Below are positions 29,990 through 38,440 of a stretch of 64,000 nt of DNA, in pieces. Each line of letters begins with the position of its first letter. Position 1 is the first letter of the stretch. This stretch comes from Thermoplasmatales archaeon E-plasma. GTDB taxonomy: Archaea > Thermoplasmatota > Thermoplasmata > Thermoplasmatales > Thermoplasmataceae. The stretch is taken from assembly GCA_000496135.1 (NCBI GenBank), contig KI542675.1, positions 612,030 through 676,029 of the forward strand, given 5' to 3'. Made by a program: the position numbers and the translations under genes. The notes under the pieces were generated by a model that was not told where the DNA came from, ran no database searches, and saw only the letters and a program-made list of their open reading frames with translations.

Positions 29990-31000
29990 ATGAAAATTTA
30001 CAATAAAGCGTGGGTACTCGATAGCAGACCTAAAGATTTTTTTGAGAAAGAAAACGTTAGAATGATTGAATTGAAAATTCCAGAAGTGGCAAAGGGAGAG
30101 TTTTTGGTCAAAAACATCTGGCTCTCCTTCGATCCAACACAACTTAACTGGATGAAGAGGGATACCTATGCTGATAAAATTGAGATAGGCGAAGTCGTTC
30201 GATCTTTTTCTGTTGGCCAGATCGTGGAATCGAAAAATGATCAATTCAAGGTTGGAGATTTTGTGTCTGGATTATTTGGTTGGCAGGAGTATGCCATTTC
30301 GAACGGGTCTTTTGTCAATCACGTAAGGCCCATAGAATTTGCAAATCCTCCATGGTATTCTCTAAGCCTGTTTGGGATAACTGGAATGAGTGCATATTTC
30401 GGGGTTAAAGACATCGGAAAAGTCAGGAAAGGAGATACATTTTTAGTGTCCAGTGCAGCGGGATCTGTGGGCTCGGTAGCAGGTCAGATAGCCAAAATCA
30501 TTGGGGCAAAAGTAGTTGGTATCGCAGGAGGTGAAAAGAAATGCAAATGGGTTGTGGAAGAAGCAGGTTTTGATCATTGCATTGATTATCAAAAGGAAGA
30601 TGTTTATGAAAGGATTTCTGAACTTTTTCCTGAAGGAATAGATGTGTACTTTGATAATGTAGGCGGTGAGATTCTTGATATTGTTATCTCAAAAATTAGA
30701 CAAAATGGCAGGATTGTGATGTGCGGTGCAATATCTGGTTATGGAACCACAAATTTCTATCCTTTACGAAATTATGCAAATCTAATTTCGAAAAGAGCAA
30801 GGATGGAAGGATTCATAGTTAGTGATTTCATCGCGAGATTTGGGGAAGCTTACAAGGATTTGTATATCTGGCTGAAAGAAAACCGTTTAAAGCAGAGAGA
30901 GGAAATTACATTTGGCCTGGAAAATGCCCCAGAGGTTTTCAAAAAGCTTTTTACCGGTGCTAATTTTGGAAAGCAGTTATTAAAGATAGCAGACATTTGA
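29990..31000 (+). CDS. NADP-dependent oxidoreductase (zinc-independent MDR, PTGR1/YncB-like)
   Basis: 336 aa; AAGSVGSVAGQIAKIIGAKVVGIAG nucleotide-binding block. Confidence 0.8.
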   Translation: MKIYNKAWVLDSRPKDFFEKENVRMIELKIPEVAKGEFLVKNIWLSFDPTQLNWMKRDTYADKIEIGEVVRSFSVGQIVESKNDQFKVGDFVSGLFGWQEYAISNGSFVNHVRPIEFANPPWYSLSLFGITGMSAYFGVKDIGKVRKGDTFLVSSAAGSVGSVAGQIAKIIGAKVVGIAGGEKKCKWVVEEAGFDHCIDYQKEDVYERISELFPEGIDVYFDNVGGEILDIVISKIRQNGRIVMCGAISGYGTTNFYPLRNYANLISKRARMEGFIVSDFIARFGEAYKDLYIWLKENRLKQREEITFGLENAPEVFKKLFTGANFGKQLLKIADI

Positions 31001-31131
31001 GTAAATCAACGCATACAAACGAGAAGACATTCTTCTGGTTACGTTCCCGAATTACTGAGACGCTGTCATAAAACCTACACTTTAATACCATATCTTTCAT
31101 GTATATCAGGTAAAATCAATATTACTACCTG

Positions 31132-31147
31132 TATATTTATTATAAAT
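31132..31147 (+). promoter_or_regulatory. TATA-like AT box upstream of integrase gene
   Basis: TATATTTATTATAAAT ending 14 nt before the ATG; compatible with a leaderless archaeal transcript. Confidence 0.3.
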
Positions 31148-31160
31148 TACGCTGGATTTT

Positions 31161-32516
31161 ATGATGCCCCTCAAGACCGAGGAGCACATAGCGGAGAATA
31201 TTCAACGCCCCGAACGGGATATAAACCTGAAGTCCATATCCCTACCATACTTTTATTACCTCCTGACGATTGATCATGACATGGGATTCTCGAACCTGAC
31301 GATCGAATACGAAAGAAAAATGCTGAGCAAGGAACCGATACCTGAGAATGTAAAGAAGGCAATTACCGGCTTCGTGGACGGTGACCTTATACTGGAGAAT
31401 ATAGGGGAAAGAAGGAGAATGAATTATTATCAGCGTCTAAGGGTTGCAGCAAGATGGATTCCCGATAACTTCCTCAATCCTTCCAAGGAGGACATTAAGA
31501 AAGTCATGATAAAGCTCAATGACGGATATTCTGAATGGACTAAGGACACTTACATCAAGATGCTGAGGAAATTTTACCGTAAGACACTTCCTAGGAAGAA
31601 ATTTGAAGCTCTGTTTGAGGACGTCAAGATAAAGCAGCCAAGGCAGAAGATCCAGCAATCGGATCTAATAACAGTTGAAGAGGTCAATGCCTTGATCGCT
31701 TCAAGCAATAATGCAAGGGACCGTGCCATATTTTCAACCCTTTATGATTCCGGGTGCAGAATCGGTGAGCTGCTGCTAATGAAGATAAAAAGCGCCAGGT
31801 TCGACAATTACGGAGCTGTGCTTGAAGTCCCGTTTGAAGGGAAAACAGGCACGAGACCCGTAAGGATCGTAGGTGATTCTGTGCCTTACCTGAGGGCATG
31901 GCTTGACAACCACCCCAGCAGGAATGATATCAATGCCCCTTTATTCTGCAATATCTCCGAAGGAATAAGGGGGAGGGCCATGACCTATGACGATGTGAGG
32001 AAGGCGTTAAGGGCGTCATCGAAGAGAGCAGGGATAACCAAACGAATATATCCTCACCTGTTTAGGCATACTAGGGCATCGATCCTTGCTTCAAGGGTAG
32101 CTGAGGCACCGTTAGAAGCGCAAATGGGATGGGTTCCCGGGACCAAGCAAATGGCAACCTATGTACACCTTTCCGGAAAGCAGACTGACACAGCCATTCT
32201 GAAGGCTTATGGCGTGGAAGTACAGGACAATGGCATAGCGGAACCCAAGCCGGTTAAGTGCCCCAGGTGCGGCGAAGCGAACCCCTCTGATGGAAATTAT
32301 TGCCGTAAGTGCTGGCTTCCCCTAACAATTGAAGCAACGCTGGAGCTTAAGGAAAGAGAGGACCACATAGAGAAGGAGCTGGAGAATAAAGGATTAATAG
32401 ATGAAAAGGTAAAGGCACTAATTGGAAACATGCCGGAAACTGAACGAACAGGGATTCTAACAGCTATTATACAGATGGCCCTAAAAGATAAGAAAACTCA
32501 GGAAATCTCTAAATGA
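31161..32516 (+). CDS. tyrosine recombinase/integrase with C-terminal zinc ribbon
   Basis: 451 aa; HLFRHTRAS...GW...TYVHLS catalytic box II region; CPRCG...CRKC ribbon; visibly more G+C-rich than flanks. Confidence 0.85.
   Translation: MMPLKTEEHIAENIQRPERDINLKSISLPYFYYLLTIDHDMGFSNLTIEYERKMLSKEPIPENVKKAITGFVDGDLILENIGERRRMNYYQRLRVAARWIPDNFLNPSKEDIKKVMIKLNDGYSEWTKDTYIKMLRKFYRKTLPRKKFEALFEDVKIKQPRQKIQQSDLITVEEVNALIASSNNARDRAIFSTLYDSGCRIGELLLMKIKSARFDNYGAVLEVPFEGKTGTRPVRIVGDSVPYLRAWLDNHPSRNDINAPLFCNISEGIRGRAMTYDDVRKALRASSKRAGITKRIYPHLFRHTRASILASRVAEAPLEAQMGWVPGTKQMATYVHLSGKQTDTAILKAYGVEVQDNGIAEPKPVKCPRCGEANPSDGNYCRKCWLPLTIEATLELKEREDHIEKELENKGLIDEKVKALIGNMPETERTGILTAIIQMALKDKKTQEISK
31205..31220 (+). 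repeat. attL-like copy of tRNA-Asp 3' end (inside integrase codons 15-20)
   Basis: 16/16 identity with 47635-47650; the next 9 nt match the tRNA T-arm at 6/9. Confidence 0.7.
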
Positions 32517-33042
32517 TTATCTTTCCTGATTTATTTTTAACATCTATCTCTAACACGCCTCCAAGTTTTTCAAGCGCATCTAAACCAAACAGGCATATCA
32601 TTTCTATCATTTCTTCTCCCCTTTGCACATACACCCCCTGCTTCTTTTCAATCTTCTTTTTTATATGGGATGAATGAACGGCAATTTTATCAAGGTTTAA
32701 ACTTATCGTGGAATTTCTGCTCATAACACTAATCTTTACTTCATTCGTTGTCGGAGTTTCCACAAACCCCCCTATTCCACCCACTCTCTCATTCTTAAAA
32801 GCTTTTTGATTTAGATATAGTCTTTCCGCCTCATCTGCAGTAATCGATGTTAAGTTAGAACCAGTATCTAAATACATAATTGCGTTGCACCACACGGTTC
32901 TATGTAACTTTCCAGGAATGTCGCCCATTTCATGCAAAGTTTTCTTTGTCAATATAACTGGAATTGAAAATAAGTTTCTCTTCTCATCAAATATTAAATC
33001 TATAACTTCCATAACGGGTTTCCTGATAATTAAAGGATCCAA
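32509..33042 (-). CDS. retropepsin-like aspartic peptidase
   Basis: 177 aa; YLDTGSNLTSI (D-T-G-S active-site motif). Confidence 0.55.
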   Translation of the reverse strand: MDPLIIRKPVMEVIDLIFDEKRNLFSIPVILTKKTLHEMGDIPGKLHRTVWCNAIMYLDTGSNLTSITADEAERLYLNQKAFKNERVGGIGGFVETPTTNEVKISVMSRNSTISLNLDKIAVHSSHIKKKIEKKQGVYVQRGEEMIEMICLFGLDALEKLGGVLEIDVKNKSGKIII

Positions 33043-33272
33043 AAAATGTTTTTGTCAGTTACTAGCTCTATGAAAACACCGTCAATGTTTCCGAATTTTT
33101 CCTTAGCATCTTGGTAAGTATCAGTGAATCCAATAACACTTCCATTATCAATTGCAACATATTTGCCCACGTGTTCCTTCAATTCATTGTACATACTGTT
33201 AGCTGCCTCATAATTGCGCTTAAATTTCTTAAAAGAGTTAATCACTTCATCTGGTAGTAATACATTTTCCAT
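33030..33272 (-). CDS. DUF5678-like small protein
   Basis: 80 aa; ...GKYVAIDNGSVIGFTDTYQDAKEKF... pattern; 13-nt overlap with the downstream peptidase gene. Confidence 0.45.
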   Translation of the reverse strand: MENVLLPDEVINSFKKFKRNYEAANSMYNELKEHVGKYVAIDNGSVIGFTDTYQDAKEKFGNIDGVFIELVTDKNIFWIL

Positions 33273-33361
33273 GATATCAGATAATTAAATAGATATAATA
33301 ATTCTTGCGTTCCGACCATGGTTAAAATTTTCAATCTTTCTTAAAGCATAGGGGGATAACT

Positions 33362-33673
33362 ATGCCAGGAAACACCAAATCAAAAGGAACATCCGGTAAG
33401 AAGGTAGCAAGAGGAAAGGCTGCTGTAAAAGAATATACAACAAAAAAGTGGAATAAAGCGGACAGTTCATTTCACATAAAGCTGAAACATGTCCTTGGCG
33501 GTGTTTCTCTGTTAAGCCTTCTTGCAGCATTTGAAGTGTTTTCAATCCCTGCTGTAAATGGAATTATAGATCTGTTCTATTTCAAAAGGTCCTATGCAGG
33601 AGCATTGTGGATATTTATGGCTGCACTTTCAGGCGGAGCTGCTTTCTATCTCTATGGAGAAGAGAAGAAATAA
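33362..33673 (+). CDS. small membrane protein A (Lys-rich N-terminus plus 2 TM)
   Basis: 103 aa; paralogous to 33816-34049. Confidence 0.5.
   Translation: MPGNTKSKGTSGKKVARGKAAVKEYTTKKWNKADSSFHIKLKHVLGGVSLLSLLAAFEVFSIPAVNGIIDLFYFKRSYAGALWIFMAALSGGAAFYLYGEEKK
33485..33561 (+). repeat. 77-nt segment duplicated at 33858-33934
   Basis: 72/77 identical by eye; flanking parts of the two paralogues are much more diverged. Confidence 0.8.
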
Positions 33674-33701
33674 TTATATAGAACGAGGGATTGGTTATTA
33701 T

Positions 33702-33815
33702 ATGAATGTTGAGAATAGGCAAGGTAGGCGAGGGATGAACTCCTACAATATCATTGGACTCATACTGATGGCCTTTGGAGGAATAGGGCTTCTTTGGGTT
33801 TTCGGTCTGCTATGA
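33702..33815 (+). CDS. 37-aa single-TM protein B
   Basis: MNVENRQGRRGMNSYNIIGLILMAFGGIGLLWVFGLL; the same architecture recurs at 34071-34172. Confidence 0.35.
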   Translation: MNVENRQGRRGMNSYNIIGLILMAFGGIGLLWVFGLL

Positions 33816-34049
33816 TTCAATGGCAACCTAATTTTTCACCAGATTTTACTGATTTTTAAACATGTCCTTGGAGGTGTTTCTCTGTTAAGCCTACTTGCAG
33901 CATTTGAAGTGTTTTCTATACCTGCTGCAAATGGGATAATAAATATTTTTGGCCTAACAAAACTATTTGCAGGGTTAGTATGGATTGCAACTGCAGTTTT
34001 AAGTGGGGGACTGGCAATAATTCTCGATGCTGAAGAAAGGAATAAATAG
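33816..34049 (+). pseudogene. start-less paralogue A' of small membrane protein A
   Basis: Open frame directly behind, and in frame with, the TGA of B; no ATG/GTG/TTG before the conserved KHVLGGVSLLSLLAAFEVFSIPA block. Confidence 0.4.
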
Positions 34050-34070
34050 TCTGAGCACATTATAACTATC

Positions 34071-34172
34071 ATGTATTCCAACAAAAGGAAATTAAACCTT
34101 CAACTCATCGTGGGCTACGCAATGGTTATAGGCGGTGCTTTGGGTTTATTCTATGCCATAGTTTTCGGATGA
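34071..34172 (+). CDS. 33-aa single-TM protein B'
   Basis: MYSNKRKLNLQLIVGYAMVIGGALGLFYAIVFG. Confidence 0.35.
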   Translation: MYSNKRKLNLQLIVGYAMVIGGALGLFYAIVFG

Positions 34173-34349
34173 TTATTTATATTCAAGACTAATTTATAAA
34201 AGATTTAAGAAGCACTTGAAAACAGGCAGGTCAATTATACCTACCTAAATTAGGGCACTGAACAAAATATGCTGATATTTTTCAAAAGCATCATTTTCTT
34301 AGATATCATTTAATCAAATTTTCATGATGCATCATCATAACAACTTGCT

Positions 34350-34373
34350 ATGACAAAACAGACATTTTGTCAT
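34350..34373. promoter_or_regulatory. inverted repeat ATGACAAAA-N6-TTTTGTCAT upstream of short integrase
   Basis: Perfect 9-bp arms; further ATGACA/TGTCAT copies at 34422-34427 and 34476-34481. Confidence 0.4.
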
Positions 34374-34484
34374 GTTATGATTCCGATCTCAATCCTCTCT
34401 TTATATACTCACGTTTACCTTATGACAGAGATCTCTTGTATCACTATTAACAAACATATTTAAAGACTTACATAATGTCATGTT

Positions 34485-35117
34485 ATGGGTTTACCGATCC
34501 CAAGGAGCATGATGATCCAGTCTTCCGGAAGATCTCTCTCAATTGATTTTTTTTCAGATGAGGAAGTTCAGAAGATCTTCCTTGAGATCTCTGATAAGAT
34601 AGCAGCAGATAAAAGAAGGTCAGAAAAACACAAAAGATATTTTCTCCTGGTACAATTCTTATACCGGACAGGTGCAAGGATCGATGAGGTCCTGATTGTC
34701 AAGCCATCAGACATCAATCTGGGAACTAACTCAATCAGAATGAAAACTCTCAAACAGGGTAAAGATAAAAATGGAATTCAAAGAGAGAAATATCGAATTA
34801 TTCCATTGCATTCAGAACTCAGGGATGCATATATGCAATATCTCCTTGAAATGAACATTTCTACAAAGTCAGAGGATCCTTTATTTCCCATGTCAAGGCA
34901 GGTAGTAGATCTGTATTTCAAGAAGATGCAGGATAAACTTGGTTTTAGGATCCATGCTCATAAATTCAGGCATACATTCGCGGTTAAGGCCATAATGGAT
35001 AATGTTCCATTGAATGTGTTGCAGCAATGGCTGGGGCATTCCTCGGTATTTACAACAAGCATTTACACTCAAATAACAGGAATGGATACGTCGGAGTTCA
35101 TGGGAAGGGTAAGATAA
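34485..35117 (+). CDS. short tyrosine recombinase (catalytic domain only)
   Basis: 210 aa; ...GARIDE..., HKFRHTFA, LGHSSVFTTSIYTQ (R..HxxR..Y); no N-terminal core-binding domain. Confidence 0.75.
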   Translation: MGLPIPRSMMIQSSGRSLSIDFFSDEEVQKIFLEISDKIAADKRRSEKHKRYFLLVQFLYRTGARIDEVLIVKPSDINLGTNSIRMKTLKQGKDKNGIQREKYRIIPLHSELRDAYMQYLLEMNISTKSEDPLFPMSRQVVDLYFKKMQDKLGFRIHAHKFRHTFAVKAIMDNVPLNVLQQWLGHSSVFTTSIYTQITGMDTSEFMGRVR

Positions 35118-35118
35118 A

Positions 35119-36195
35119 TCACTCCGTTGCATAGAGCCCAGAATACTCGAAGTAGGACATTATATCATCCTTATATTCATGAAAAGGACAACACTTTAGG
35201 ACATTGAGGAGCTTATTCTGATCAATTTTTTTAATTATTTCATCATATTTGGTGCTAAATTCTCTCCTTAAATTTTCAATATTCCTACATTCTATGACAA
35301 TTGACTGGTATTTGGATTTGAGATCAGTGTCTTTGAGTAGCTTTAAAATTAAACACAATACATCCATTCCTGATGAGTATGAGTCAATTTGAGCCAGTGT
35401 CAAACTGCCGTTAAACTTTATGTCTGGTGGTTGGATACTTATACACTCGAATAAAGTAAATGATTTTGGAATGGGTCCTTGAAGGCCAGAATCTAAAGAG
35501 GAAATGGTTTTAAGGCAATGAGATTCGTCGCTCCATATTTTGTATACCGCACGAAAAACTTCTTCTCCAAATATTTCATTCGGAGAATTTTTGCTCTCCG
35601 TAAACCTTTTTGCAAAATTAATTCCACTGCTTTTTTCTCTTTCTAGAAATTCCAATACTTTATTTTCGAGAGCGTCAATCTTTTCATTGATAACATTTAC
35701 CTCTGATTCAGATTTTTTAAACGTGTCTAAGAATCCGTGATTACAATCGTCAAAATGGAGAATAGCTTTTTCCACATTGTTGTCACTGGCGTTATCTATA
35801 ATACTCATGTTCTCTTCTTCGAGGTGAATATCTATGAACTGCGCTTGTCGCGGGGAAAGATTCTGCATTTTAATAGGCAATGCATTGAGTTCCTTTCTTA
35901 CCTCTTTATAGTGGCTGATAAGTGCCATACTTATCTCCTTTTTTATTTGAATGTCCTTGAGGCGTTCCCCCTTTCGTACATCTTCAGCTTGCGCGCTGTA
36001 TTGAGATAGAAATATAGCCAAAAATGAAGGGGCTGATGGAGATATTGTGATCCCCAGGAATGAAAGCACTTTAGTTATATCAAAATGCAAATAGAATAGA
36101 AAAACGAGGCTTAATATTGCAATCAAACAATATGTAAGAATCACTATGAAATAGAACCATCGTTTGGTAACCCGCCCAGTTTTTTTACTCTTCAA
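35119..36195 (-). CDS. membrane-anchored protein, function unknown
   Basis: 358 aa, TTG start; two N-terminal TM segments then a helical soluble domain; no motif recognised. Confidence 0.45.
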   Translation of the reverse strand: MKSKKTGRVTKRWFYFIVILTYCLIAILSLVFLFYLHFDITKVLSFLGITISPSAPSFLAIFLSQYSAQAEDVRKGERLKDIQIKKEISMALISHYKEVRKELNALPIKMQNLSPRQAQFIDIHLEEENMSIIDNASDNNVEKAILHFDDCNHGFLDTFKKSESEVNVINEKIDALENKVLEFLEREKSSGINFAKRFTESKNSPNEIFGEEVFRAVYKIWSDESHCLKTISSLDSGLQGPIPKSFTLFECISIQPPDIKFNGSLTLAQIDSYSSGMDVLCLILKLLKDTDLKSKYQSIVIECRNIENLRREFSTKYDEIIKKIDQNKLLNVLKCCPFHEYKDDIMSYFEYSGLYATE

Positions 36196-36695
36196 TCCCC
36201 ATCACGATAACTGGAATATCAATATCCGTCATTCTCTTTTCCTCTTGCTTTGCCAGTTTAAGGCCATCCGGAACTTTAACCTCAATTTTACAATAGTCCT
36301 CTCCGTTACATCCACTCTTACACCCCAGCTGTGACTAATAATACAATATTCGAAAGTATCCTTTTAATTTCTTATGTCTGCACACCATTAATGTTAAACT
36401 ATCTATGAATCTTATTTAAGTCTTATTATAGCAACTTGCTCTTTATTCATAACCGGGTGTGTTGGTGCAATCTAATCTAAGTTATCCGTATCTCTTCTGT
36501 AGTTTAAACAAACGTGCGCTAATCATTTCACACAACCCTTAAAACAAGCCGATTATTTGTATGGGAAATAATAGATACGCCCGTTAAATAAATTTTATTA
36601 CAATTGAACGAGGAAACACTACTGAACAAAGAAAAAATGGAAATAAAAGGAAAATTCATCTTTACCTGTTTTATATGTAAGTAACATGTCAGGGG

Positions 36696-37532
36696 CTATA
36701 GGTTTTCGAGAGATTTCTCGGAAATTACTCGTTTTCTTTCGAGGTTGCTATCGATAATCTTTCGATCGTTTACATGCTTGAGATTCTTTATTGAGTTTGG
36801 ATTAATCTTTCTCTTTGGTTTTACCTCTTCTTTCTGTTTAGATGACACTGTGTGCAGCATCCTCTGAACATCCTTCTGTTTCTTTCGTATTTCTCCATCC
36901 CTTTTTTGCTCATAAGAATCTATGAGCCATTGAGGGGGAAGACTGAATTTCACAGTCTTGACTGTTATTGTCCTTGCACGATAACCTAAATTTGGAACCT
37001 GAACTCTCGGATATACCAGGAAATCCTCCCCTTTCCTGAACGGATTGGGTTCCGGCAATTTGACCTTAAAAACCCCCTGCTCCTTAGTAGCTTCAAAAAA
37101 GATGTTTATAAGACCCCTTGTCTGCGCATCTATATAATTCCATTTTGGAACAGTAATGAAGGTTATAAGATTCCTGTATCTGAAGGACTGGGCGACAATG
37201 GACACGGCTTTGTTCCGAACCGTCTGCCAGTCTCTGGCATTCATGAATACGCCGGCATCGTCCAGTATAACTGAGTTACCTTTTTTCAGGTCTCCATCAA
37301 CAACATAATCTACAAAATCTGTAACGTCAAACATAACTCTATTCTGATTTACTGTGACATCGCACGTATATGCCAGTTCAAGTGCTGCATAAGATTTGCC
37401 GCTTCCTCTTGGTCCTACAAACAATCCAAGAACATCCATATTCCTTGCAATCCTATTTCGGATCCATGGCATTAGCCAGGTGTTGTATCTATTTTTGGAA
37501 TACTCTGGATCCTCAAAGGGGAGTCTTGTCAT
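36696..37532 (-). CDS. Zot-like P-loop NTPase
   Basis: Walker A GPRGSGKS, Walker B VILDDAG, then RYRNLITFITVP...YIDAQTRGL resembling the Zot/pI family. Start moved to the ATG at 37532, preceded by GGAGGT. Confidence 0.55.
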   Translation of the reverse strand: MTRLPFEDPEYSKNRYNTWLMPWIRNRIARNMDVLGLFVGPRGSGKSYAALELAYTCDVTVNQNRVMFDVTDFVDYVVDGDLKKGNSVILDDAGVFMNARDWQTVRNKAVSIVAQSFRYRNLITFITVPKWNYIDAQTRGLINIFFEATKEQGVFKVKLPEPNPFRKGEDFLVYPRVQVPNLGYRARTITVKTVKFSLPPQWLIDSYEQKRDGEIRKKQKDVQRMLHTVSSKQKEEVKPKRKINPNSIKNLKHVNDRKIIDSNLERKRVISEKSLENL

Positions 37533-37923
37533 CGGCAACCTCCAATTTATCACCATCTTTCTCCTGGTAAACCATGGACGATGCAAAGAGAAGATTGTTA
37601 TCATCTATGACATTGTTCAGGTTCCTAAACCAGTCGGTAAGTGCGTTATAAATTCCAGGTGCTGAATCAACTATGGCCATCTTTCCCTCTCTTATTTCCG
37701 CTTCTTTAAGCTCGCTTCTAACTCTCTTGAGGGATTCTCTGTAATCCACGTTTGCCTTGGAAAGTGGTTCAAGAACCAGATCCATAGCAATGAGAACACT
37801 TTTCAACCGGGAAACATACTTCATTCCGGGCCCTTTTGATATTAGTGTTGTAGCCTCGTCGTAAAGTTTAGTCAGGGACCGTTCTCCCACAGTGCGTACA
37901 AAATCATCCATATCAGTTACCAC
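37513..37923 (-). CDS. hypothetical protein (operon with Zot-like ATPase)
   Basis: 136 aa; overlaps both neighbouring genes. Confidence 0.4.
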   Translation of the reverse strand: MVTDMDDFVRTVGERSLTKLYDEATTLISKGPGMKYVSRLKSVLIAMDLVLEPLSKANVDYRESLKRVRSELKEAEIREGKMAIVDSAPGIYNALTDWFRNLNNVIDDNNLLFASSMVYQEKDGDKLEVADDKTPL

Positions 37924-38317
37924 TCACATATTCTGTGTCATCATTCTCATCATCTAATAACGTGTCAAAAAATTCATCTATTAACATGGTAGCTTGGCGT
38001 TTTCCTTTAACCATAATACTGACCTCGTCCCCATCCATTACTGCCTCTCCGCTGTAGCTCATGGTAATATTGGGGAACTTGCTTCCCGATAGGCGGAAAA
38101 CTGCTTCGCACATTACTACCTTATCGTTCTGGTCATCAATTTCACTTAATAAATCACCGTCCCGTTTGAAAAGAGTAAAGTCTTCAAAATGTATGCAGGA
38201 AGGTTCCGTTAAAAGTTGATTAATTACCGTAAAAATATCACAATATGGGCACATTACATTGATAGAAGGTCTTACTTCAGGTTCAATCATTTTCTGGACC
38301 TTGATCACGTTTTTCAT
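37913..38317 (-). CDS. hypothetical acidic protein
   Basis: Probable start at MKNVIKV (38317); acidic C-terminus; the track ORF extends through AT-rich promoter-like sequence. Confidence 0.4.
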   Translation of the reverse strand: MKNVIKVQKMIEPEVRPSINVMCPYCDIFTVINQLLTEPSCIHFEDFTLFKRDGDLLSEIDDQNDKVVMCEAVFRLSGSKFPNITMSYSGEAVMDGDEVSIMVKGKRQATMLIDEFFDTLLDDENDDTEYVSGN

Positions 38318-38421
38318 GATTTCTAAATTCCATATATGAAAATAAACGTAACGGATTAAGCAAGCATTATTGAAATGTTTTTCGCATAATAGGACAAAAA
38401 TGAAAAAGAAATAAGACACAG

Positions 38422-38440
38422 ATCTACTATGAAAAAAGTT
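38422..38440 (+). repeat. 19-mer ATCTACTATGAAAAAAGTT, repeated at 39778-39796
   Basis: 18/19 identity with ATCTACTATGAAAGAAGTT at 39778-39796. Confidence 0.85.

Noticed and set aside
31153-31172. Similarity between GGATTTTATGATGCCCC (int start) and GGAATTTTATTATGACGCCCC (left of attR), suggesting a longer or alternative att alignment
   Set aside because: The match is short, gapped and AT-rich. It is plausibly a coincidence, and only the 16-mer is exact.
33836-34084. 82-aa minus-strand ORF
   Set aside because: It is a shadow of the plus-strand paralogue A'. The plus-strand frame carries the KHVLGGVSLL... block conserved with gene A.
36196-36695. 500-nt gap in the island containing a start-less minus-strand frame (..LGCKSGCNGEDYCKIEVKVPDG..)
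   Set aside because: There is no ATG/GTG/TTG before an internal Met near the end, and no repeat or RNA-like structure that I could see. It is probably a gene remnant.
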